Source: an uncultured Chthoniobacteraceae bacterium
GTDB taxonomy: Bacteria > Verrucomicrobiota > Verrucomicrobiia > Chthoniobacterales > CAKUMP01
Assembly (NCBI GenBank): GCA_965365475.1
Contig: CBDUBV010000001.1
Location: 19,399 to 83,398 of the forward strand
Length of the DNA stretch: 64,000 bases
Direction of reading: 5' to 3'
A program made the translations under genes and the position numbers. The notes beneath the pieces were generated by a model. That model saw nothing but the letters and a program-made list of their open reading frames with translations. It was not told the DNA's origin and did no database searches. Below, piece by piece: positions 50,470 to 58,207 of this stretch. The stretch's first letter is position 1. Every line of letters starts with the position of its first letter.

Positions 50470-52155
50470 TCAAGTGCCCTTATTCACCGCGCGCTCACGC
50501 AGCAACAGGCGGTGACCGGTCACTGCGAGGCTGATGATCAACGCCGCGACGGAAAACGCTTCGCCCACGCGGGAATAAATCGTCGTTTCCAGACTTGTCG
50601 GAACTTCGACGGTGGTCACCATGGTGCCGCGCATAAAATGGCTTCCTGTCTCGTCCTCCAAACGTTGAAGCACCCTGCCATGCGCATCGATCACGCAAGT
50701 GACACCGGTATTGGCCGCGCGAACCATGGGAAGCCCCATCTCGACTGTGCGGAACACGGCATTATGCAAGTGTTGCTCCGCACCCGCACTGCGCTTGAAC
50801 CAGCCATCATTGGTAATGTTCACCAAAAGATTGGGACGACCCTCTGAGAACCTCCGGACCAGACGCCCCACGGTATCTTCGAAACATACCAGCGGCGCGA
50901 TCCGCACCGGAAGGGCAGACATTTCAAACACCACAGGCTCAGTCCCGCGCGAATAATCTGCCGGAACCAGATCGCCCACCACCATGGCAAACAGAGGAAA
51001 TGTTGTCCGGAACGGCACGTATTCTCCGAAGGGAACCAGATGCATCTTCCGATATACCTGTGCCCCTTGAGCCTGCGGCCCGATGAGGATGGCCGCGTTG
51101 TAGTCTGCCTGCGGTGAAAGATCGATCGAGCCCAACAACAACTGCCCGTCCAGCTCCTGCGCGATGGATTTTACGAAATCATGATTAATCTGATCGTTGA
51201 ATATGCCGCGAGGTGTTGCCGCCTCAGGCCAGACGATCAATTGCGGGCCGCTGGCTGCCACGGTAAGCGTCAAATCTTTGTAGGTCTGTAAGATATCTGT
51301 CTCATATGCATCGTTCCATTTTTCGTTTTGAGGAATATCCGCCTGCACCAACGCGACACGCAGCGGGATCGATGGCAATGTGCGCTGCACGCGATGCACA
51401 CCGTAACTAAAGGCGATCACAATCAACGCCACAGCCAGGTTAAAGTCGTAATGAGGCCGCAGCACTGCGCGTCCCAGCTCCATCCACAACCGGCGCACGG
51501 TGAAGACAGCAGTCGCAGAAGCAAGCACCGCCAGAAATGACAGGCCGCCCACGCCAGTGAGAGACGCGAGTTGCAAGAATGCGACGTTATCGTGCATGGC
51601 CACGCCCAGGCCATTCCAACCGAAACCCGTAAACAGCCATCCTCGGAGCCACTCCAGCGCGACCCACCCTGCGGCGGCCAGCAGACCCGCACGCAGGTTG
51701 GGTCCCGAGCGCATCCAGATGGATTCCGGCGGCTGGATGTGCAGCCGCTGTTCGAGTGTGTTTTGCGGCAGGGGAAATGCTTTCCCGGGTTTGCAAATAC
51801 ATGCCGCGAACCACGTCCACACGGCAGGGAACAGTGCCAGATAGAAAGCGAGCAGAAACCAGCCCAAGGGCGTCACGTGCCACAGCCAATAAAAGACAGA
51901 CCAAAAATGCACGAGGCCGCAGGCATACCCTAGTAGCAGAGCTTTCCGCGCCGGGATGGCGCCCTCCTGCAGCCACACAGCACAGAATAGCGGAACCAGT
52001 GCCACCCACACAACGGACTGCATATTCCAAGGCGGAAAACACAGGGTCAATAGCACGCCGCTTAGAACCGCTCCGGCAATTGCCAGCAAACCGGACTTCC
52101 TCCTTGGGATTTCGGGTTTCTCAGTAGCAGTTGGTGACAGGGTCTCAGACGACAT
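50470..52155 (-). CDS. lnt: apolipoprotein N-acyltransferase
   Basis: N-terminal multi-TM region plus a CN-hydrolase domain with the E-K-C triad contexts (VWPEAA, KMHLVPFGEY, VCFED). Start at ATG 52155 rather than 52293. Confidence 0.9.
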   Translation of the reverse strand: MSSETLSPTATEKPEIPRRKSGLLAIAGAVLSGVLLTLCFPPWNMQSVVWVALVPLFCAVWLQEGAIPARKALLLGYACGLVHFWSVFYWLWHVTPLGWFLLAFYLALFPAVWTWFAACICKPGKAFPLPQNTLEQRLHIQPPESIWMRSGPNLRAGLLAAAGWVALEWLRGWLFTGFGWNGLGVAMHDNVAFLQLASLTGVGGLSFLAVLASATAVFTVRRLWMELGRAVLRPHYDFNLAVALIVIAFSYGVHRVQRTLPSIPLRVALVQADIPQNEKWNDAYETDILQTYKDLTLTVAASGPQLIVWPEAATPRGIFNDQINHDFVKSIAQELDGQLLLGSIDLSPQADYNAAILIGPQAQGAQVYRKMHLVPFGEYVPFRTTFPLFAMVVGDLVPADYSRGTEPVVFEMSALPVRIAPLVCFEDTVGRLVRRFSEGRPNLLVNITNDGWFKRSAGAEQHLHNAVFRTVEMGLPMVRAANTGVTCVIDAHGRVLQRLEDETGSHFMRGTMVTTVEVPTSLETTIYSRVGEAFSVAALIISLAVTGHRLLLRERAVNKGT

Positions 52156-52295
52156 GAAGCGACCAGTATGTAGATTATACACAGACTGGGGACAACCCTT
52201 ACCAACATGCAGCGCAAAGCGGTAAACAAATTTGTTCACCCTCTTAGGCTGGCACGGCAGGTGCTTTAGCATTCTGCCGCAGATCCTTACCACCT

Positions 52296-53366
52296 ATGAA
52301 AATCAGACCCTTGTCCATCGCACTTGCACTTCTCACCTACGGCACTGCCGCATATTCACAAACCATTTCCGCTACGTTTCTACCTCATGGGCCTGCAGAC
52401 CCGCTAGGCTCCGTCTGGACCAAGCCGGCATATCGAGACATCCCCTGGTGGTTCCACGACGACAATTCCTACTGGGCAGATAATAATCTCACGCCCGGTG
52501 CCTCCGACGCCTACGACATCGCGGTGGTATATGCAGCGCGGCTGAATAAAAATAATGTTGCCGGCTACGAAGCGGCTATTATTAACACACCGGCTTACAC
52601 CCACGGAAATTACAATAACAGCAATCCTTATGGTTCGCCCGGCGGAGCCATCACAGGCAACGGAAGTAATAGTGCCGACAACGTTACTTGGGGCAATGGA
52701 ACAGTCTGGGATTTTGCACTGGTCTATGACTGGAATAACGCGAACCCATTTGCATCAATGACCTTTACCAACGGCACGACTACGCATACCACTTACGCGA
52801 ACCTTGGCAGCCAAGTGAAAGACTTTGTGGATGGCACCGGACCCTATCTTGAGCAGCACGCACTGAATGATGTCATGATGCGCTTTGCCACCATCGGCAA
52901 TTACGACGCCACCCCGAAATTCACAAAATCCGCCGTCACAGTCACCAACCTTCGCGCGGGGCTCAATGGCGACCCTTCCAAGCTTATCGAATATAAAGAT
53001 GAAAATGGGGTTATCCAAAGCTCGCTCACCACGGAATGGAATCATGTGGCGGGCGGAACCGCCGAGACCAATCCACGCCAGGTGGAATTTCTTGTCATAA
53101 ATAACCTGCTCAATAGCCACACGGATCGGCTCGACTTGACTGGGCAGTTCTCCTTCGCCTGGAACGGAAACGCTAACAACATCAGTGGCAGCGGCGTGAT
53201 GGTTGAATTCAAACTGGGCGATCTGGATTTCTTCCCCGATGCCACGCCGGATATTCCCGATCCAGACTCATGGGGTGAACCCGTGCCTGAACCCACCGCG
53301 CTGGTATTGGTGCTGGCAGGCTTCGCATGGATGGCCACACGCCATCGCCGCAGAGCAGGCTGCTGA
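52296..53366 (+). CDS. PEP-CTERM sorting-domain secreted protein, N/T/Y-rich
   Basis: Signal peptide MKIRPLSIALALLTYGTAAYS. C-terminal VPEPTALVLVLAGFAWMATRHRRRAGC (PEP motif + TM + basic tail). Confidence 0.85.
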   Translation: MKIRPLSIALALLTYGTAAYSQTISATFLPHGPADPLGSVWTKPAYRDIPWWFHDDNSYWADNNLTPGASDAYDIAVVYAARLNKNNVAGYEAAIINTPAYTHGNYNNSNPYGSPGGAITGNGSNSADNVTWGNGTVWDFALVYDWNNANPFASMTFTNGTTTHTTYANLGSQVKDFVDGTGPYLEQHALNDVMMRFATIGNYDATPKFTKSAVTVTNLRAGLNGDPSKLIEYKDENGVIQSSLTTEWNHVAGGTAETNPRQVEFLVINNLLNSHTDRLDLTGQFSFAWNGNANNISGSGVMVEFKLGDLDFFPDATPDIPDPDSWGEPVPEPTALVLVLAGFAWMATRHRRRAGC

Positions 53367-53387
53367 TGGTTGCGTAGTTCAGAGGTT

Positions 53388-55289
53388 CTAACCCACAATG
53401 ACCAACGCGATATTATCCGGCAGCGAGTTGGCCACATCCATGGCTACGTCGCCTTTCAGCAGTTTAGCCATACCGCTGCGATGGGTCGCGCCCAGGATCA
53501 CCATGTCAACCCCCAGCGTTGCCGCGGTGTCGGCAATGATCTGGCCCGGCTCGGAGGAAGAAGCGAACACTGGCACCGTCTCGATGCCCAGTTCCCCACC
53601 CCTCTCCATGGCTGCGTGAAACAAAGCGCGCGCCTCGGGGTCATCCTGCCATTTAAGCCTGGAGACAACAGGTCCACGATAGAGCACTGCCACTTCGCGA
53701 ACATGCATCACATACAACGCCGCTCCGCGCAGACAGGCTTCTTCCATCGCAAACGCTAATACAGGAGTGAATCCTCTAACGCATACAAGTATGCGCACAG
53801 CCTTCGGTTGGCGTTCCGCCACGGGTCCTGCCGCCGCATAGGCACGCATGCCGGATGCGGCTGTCGGCACCGTCTGCAAGCTCGGAGTTCTCGCGAGATG
53901 CTTGGATACTGCGAATAGCCCGAGACCCACCACAAGCACACAGACCACGAAGAACAACGCGTCCGGTTTGGTGCGGGCGATGGTGAGTTCAACTGCGCAG
54001 AGGATGAGAAACGTTGCGCCCATGAGCCCTCGTTCCGCCCAGTGCAAGGGCAATGCCCGGCTTAAGGTACACGAACCCAGGTTCACGCATATGGCACCCA
54101 CCACGCCGATCGCGTAAAGTGCTGCCAACGCATCGAAATTTTCCGTGCCAGCCAGCACGATCACCGGCAACAACACAGCCGCCACCAAAGCCCACACTGG
54201 CACGCCGTGCCGATTCAACCGCGCAAACAAATGCGGCATGTCGCCCTCCCGCGACATCATATACACCACACCGACAAGTGCCGACACCGCAGTGTTCACA
54301 GCACTTAGTAAAAGCAAAGCAAACACGATGCCCACCATCCAGCCAAACACCACCCCAAACTCCAAACCCAGACTCATCGCGGAAAATCTTTCTGCCAGAA
54401 ATCTTAACATGTCTTCCTTACGTTCCAGCATCTCAGGAGCCAGGTTGCGAGGTAGCGAAAGCATTGCCCAACCCAACAAAGCGGTGCCAATACTGACCTC
54501 CAATGCCACCGGAAGTATCGCTTTAAACGAACTTCTTCCCACGCGCGGCTGGCCAGGTGGAGAATTCTTATCAGGCTTCAGCGTTCCCGTGAGATTGGCC
54601 ATCGCCTCCACACCGCTAAGTGCCAAAATGACCCCCACAAACGCAATCCAGATCGAGGAGAAATCTTCATGCAACGGTTCCAGCCGGGCTGTGGTAAGAT
54701 GCGGCAACGCAAATAGTAATATACCCACTACCATCACCACAGCGGGCACTGCCAACATCGCGGCAAACGTCCCGCTATGGCGCGGGCCGTAGTTATTTAT
54801 AAGCCCGATAAGCACCATGACCCCCATGGCACCCCACATCATCCACCCACCGGGCACCCCCAGATAACTCAGAGCTGCCCAACCACTCAGAGCTGCGGTG
54901 ACAGTCAGATCGGCTATCAGCAATAAAGCTCCCACCACAGAGAGCGTCCGTCCATGCATGCGCGCCGCCGAATACACCCCCCCACCATCGGGAAAACAGC
55001 GGCAGATAATCATGTAGTTCACGCCTACAAGCAGCGTGATCGCACTCACGGCGAGGATGACCGGCAGGGATGCAAAACCAGAAGCCGCAAAAGCCAGACC
55101 GATGACATAGGCTTTGCTCGTGCCCCAATCGCCGTAAAGAAGCGCAGCAGCCCGCTTCCAATCCAGATTCCGAGGCCGCTGTTGTTCCAGAGCTTGCACG
55201 CTTGAGGTGGAGTTACACGCGATTTCCACGCCAGAGTCAATACGTGATATGACGCCCGCTCCACCAGTGGTGTTCATCTGCCCGTGCAC
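53388..55289 (-). CDS. APC-superfamily permease fused to C-terminal universal stress protein (USP) domain
   Basis: About 12 TM segments, then ..RILVCVRGFTP..ALYVMHV..VDMVILGATHRSG..VANSLPDNIALVIVG (USP fold). Confidence 0.85.
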   Translation of the reverse strand: MHGQMNTTGGAGVISRIDSGVEIACNSTSSVQALEQQRPRNLDWKRAAALLYGDWGTSKAYVIGLAFAASGFASLPVILAVSAITLLVGVNYMIICRCFPDGGGVYSAARMHGRTLSVVGALLLIADLTVTAALSGWAALSYLGVPGGWMMWGAMGVMVLIGLINNYGPRHSGTFAAMLAVPAVVMVVGILLFALPHLTTARLEPLHEDFSSIWIAFVGVILALSGVEAMANLTGTLKPDKNSPPGQPRVGRSSFKAILPVALEVSIGTALLGWAMLSLPRNLAPEMLERKEDMLRFLAERFSAMSLGLEFGVVFGWMVGIVFALLLLSAVNTAVSALVGVVYMMSREGDMPHLFARLNRHGVPVWALVAAVLLPVIVLAGTENFDALAALYAIGVVGAICVNLGSCTLSRALPLHWAERGLMGATFLILCAVELTIARTKPDALFFVVCVLVVGLGLFAVSKHLARTPSLQTVPTAASGMRAYAAAGPVAERQPKAVRILVCVRGFTPVLAFAMEEACLRGAALYVMHVREVAVLYRGPVVSRLKWQDDPEARALFHAAMERGGELGIETVPVFASSSEPGQIIADTAATLGVDMVILGATHRSGMAKLLKGDVAMDVANSLPDNIALVIVG

Positions 55290-55367
55290 CTTGCCATGCC
55301 GACTTCTCCCCCCTCCCCGCCCATCCCCTTGACCTGCCCCGACTCCGACGATAAGGATGTGCGGGCT

Positions 55368-56114
55368 ATGAAAAAAGCGATCATCATCCCCTCCTACAAA
55401 GCAGCCGCGACTCTGCCCTCAGTCATCGCGCGCATACCGCAGGAGTTCTGGGGCGATGGCATCGCGATCATCGTCAATGATTGCAGTCCCGACGCCGATA
55501 CCGCTCGCGTGGCCGACGAACTTGCCGCCACTCACGAACATGTCATCGCAGTGCATCACCCGCAGAATCGGGGCTATGGCGGTGCGCAAAAGACTGGGCT
55601 GGAGACCGGGCTGCAACATGGCGCAGAGGCGTTTGCAATCGTCCATTCCGACGGTCAATACGCCCCGGAAGTCGTCTTGCAACTCCTCGCGCCCATTCTC
55701 TCCGGGGAAGCTCACATCGTGCAAGGCTCCCGAATGCTCGAAGGCGGTGCGCGCGAAGGCGGCATGCCGATCCACCGCTATCTGGCCAATCGCGGACTCA
55801 CCACGCTAGAGAATCTCGCATTTGGGACACGCATGGCGGAATTTCACAGCGGTTATATGTTGTACTCCGCGAAACTACTGCGCGAAGTGCCCTTCCGCTC
55901 GCTCCAGGAGAACTACAACTTCGACGCGGAGATGATCCTTCTCGCTCACCTCAATGGCATGCCCTGTCGCGAGATCGCCATTCCCACCCGCTACGATGAT
56001 GAAGTCTCCAGCCTTCGCCCTATCCCCTATGGCATTAATGTTCTTAAAATGATCGGCCGCCATCTGCGCGGGCACTATCGCCGGTTGATCGAGTCGCATC
56101 GCTCTCAGGCATGA
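55368..56114 (+). CDS. glycosyltransferase family 2, polyprenol-phosphate sugar synthase-like (DPM1/ArnC/GtrB-like), soluble
   Basis: MKKAIIIPSYKAA.., IIVNDCSPD, NRGYGGA, VHSDGQY. No TM segment. Its stop overlaps the start of the next gene (ATGA). Confidence 0.85.
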   Translation: MKKAIIIPSYKAAATLPSVIARIPQEFWGDGIAIIVNDCSPDADTARVADELAATHEHVIAVHHPQNRGYGGAQKTGLETGLQHGAEAFAIVHSDGQYAPEVVLQLLAPILSGEAHIVQGSRMLEGGAREGGMPIHRYLANRGLTTLENLAFGTRMAEFHSGYMLYSAKLLREVPFRSLQENYNFDAEMILLAHLNGMPCREIAIPTRYDDEVSSLRPIPYGINVLKMIGRHLRGHYRRLIESHRSQA

Positions 56115-58207
56115 TGCATCTCGACTTCAAGCAAAGACCCTTGCGGTGGTTTTTCTTCGGCGGCAACGATCCCGCCACGCGCCCGGTCCGCCTCGCGCAA
56201 GGCGTCCTTCTTCTGCTTTTGGCAGTGGTTGTCATTTTTCTGTTCCGCGCAGATAAACCTTGGTCGCCAAGAATCCTTGAGCGGTTCGAAGAAGGCCGCA
56301 ACTTGAGTCTCAAGCACCTCATGACAGTGGGCCTCTATGCAGCCGCCGTGATCAATGGCTTTGCGCTCACAGTGCTCTATGCCACCGCGCGGTGGTGGGC
56401 GTTGCCATTTGCCACTGGCAAAGTCCGCGGCAACGCCTGGGTTCCCCGCACCCGCACCATCGCCCGGCTGTGGTGGACTGTGCTGCTGCTGGCAGTGCTC
56501 GCTGCTGGATTTCTGCGCTGGAACCTTGCACATGGAAGTCTGTGGTGGGACGAAGCGTGGAATCTCACACGAGCTGTCCATGGCGAATGGGTGCCCGACC
56601 CGAATGACGACCGAAAAGTGGCATTCCAGCCGCGCGGATGGGACCGCGCATTTTTCTACTACTCCAAACCCACCAATCATGTGGTGTTTAGTTTCACCTC
56701 GAAGATTTCACTCACCATCTGGCGCACAATCACCGGTGCGGCTGAACATGAATTTGATGAATTTATCTTTCGCCTGCCGAATTTCCTGGCTGCCCTCGCC
56801 GCTGTGGCAGCTCTCGGATTTCTCCTGCGGGATTGGGGTTACCCCGGTGCCGGCCTTGCAGCCGCATGGTTGCTGGCGATTCATCCCTGGCACATTCGCT
56901 ATGGAGTGGATGCTCGGGCTTTCAGCAAGGTCGCGCTCATCTCCATCATCGCTTGCTTTCTCCTCACGCGCGCTCTGCGCTCAGGCAAATGGAAATACTG
57001 GATCGGCTTCGGACTAAGCCTTTTCCTGCTTCTATGGGCGTTCCCGTATGCGATTTATCTGGCTCTCACATTGGTCGCGTGCGCCGTACTGATCACGCTC
57101 ACAGACAGACAATACCCACCCATGCTCATGCTGGGTCGCTGTCTGGTAAGTCTCTGCCTCGGCGGCATGTTGTTTCTGCAAATGATGGGGCCAAACATCT
57201 TGCATATACCGGGCTGGGACGGAATCGAAGGTCACGGGCGCGTCGGCATGACGATGATCCCGGAGATGGCAGCCTCGCTCGTGTCGGGGATGCCTTGGTG
57301 GGATGTAGCGCAAAGCTCCGGCACGGATGGCATCCCCAACCTACGTGGACTCACCATGCAAGCTCGCTGGCCAGGCATGATTATGTTTTGGCTCATGCCG
57401 CTATTCGCTCTGGCTGGATTCATACTGCTACTCATCCGGCGCAACCACGAGAACTGGATTTTGCTGGCCTGGCTGGCCGCCGTGCCGCTATCGCTGGGTC
57501 CATGGCCCGATGCCGCAGTGCTCTGGGCCTTACCGATCTTTGCAATTCTGGGCGTGGTGCTGCTCTTGCGCACCAGCGGCTATGAGCGGTGGGTTTTACT
57601 CGCATGGCTTATGGCCATGCCCGTGGCCATCTGTTTTGCATGGGGAAAGACCCATTACTTCTATCCGCGCTATGTCATTTATGGTCTGCCTGCGTTTCTT
57701 GTAGCCGTTGCCGTTGCCTTGGAAATCCTACCTCGCTTTTTCCAGTCCTATCGGCTGAGGTCCGTCGTGACGGTTTTGCTGGTGGTCGGAGTGCCCCTGG
57801 CATTTCTTGGTGCCACCACCGAGCAGCGCGATCTACTGCGCAATCGCTCCTATTCTCCCGTGCGCGAGGTGGCGGAATTCCTCGAAGAAATCGCAGGTGA
57901 CGATCCGCACAGCATCCTGGCATGCGGCTTCGGGCTGGGTGGAGATACGCCCCGCATCTATTATCCGTCCATTCTCTATGCGAACGACCGCAAGGACCTG
58001 ATCGCGATGATGCAGCGCAGCCGCGTGGAAGACAAACCGCTTTATCTTTTCTACGCTTACTCCAGCTTTAACCGCGTCAATCAGAAAAAAGCCTTCCCAC
58101 TGCTGGACGACGAATCGCTGTTTGAACGCATCTCGGAGTTTCACGGAATCGAATCGCAGTTTCGGTACGAGGTTTTTCTCTACACAGGCAAGGAGCCGAC
58201 GTTGTGA
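56111..58207 (+). CDS. GT-C-fold polytopic membrane glycosyltransferase-like protein, paralog 2
   Basis: 698 aa. SLWWDEAW, TNHVVFSF, FRLPNFLAA, IHPWHIRYGVDARAF. C-terminal soluble domain. Confidence 0.7.
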   Translation: MMHLDFKQRPLRWFFFGGNDPATRPVRLAQGVLLLLLAVVVIFLFRADKPWSPRILERFEEGRNLSLKHLMTVGLYAAAVINGFALTVLYATARWWALPFATGKVRGNAWVPRTRTIARLWWTVLLLAVLAAGFLRWNLAHGSLWWDEAWNLTRAVHGEWVPDPNDDRKVAFQPRGWDRAFFYYSKPTNHVVFSFTSKISLTIWRTITGAAEHEFDEFIFRLPNFLAALAAVAALGFLLRDWGYPGAGLAAAWLLAIHPWHIRYGVDARAFSKVALISIIACFLLTRALRSGKWKYWIGFGLSLFLLLWAFPYAIYLALTLVACAVLITLTDRQYPPMLMLGRCLVSLCLGGMLFLQMMGPNILHIPGWDGIEGHGRVGMTMIPEMAASLVSGMPWWDVAQSSGTDGIPNLRGLTMQARWPGMIMFWLMPLFALAGFILLLIRRNHENWILLAWLAAVPLSLGPWPDAAVLWALPIFAILGVVLLLRTSGYERWVLLAWLMAMPVAICFAWGKTHYFYPRYVIYGLPAFLVAVAVALEILPRFFQSYRLRSVVTVLLVVGVPLAFLGATTEQRDLLRNRSYSPVREVAEFLEEIAGDDPHSILACGFGLGGDTPRIYYPSILYANDRKDLIAMMQRSRVEDKPLYLFYAYSSFNRVNQKKAFPLLDDESLFERISEFHGIESQFRYEVFLYTGKEPTL

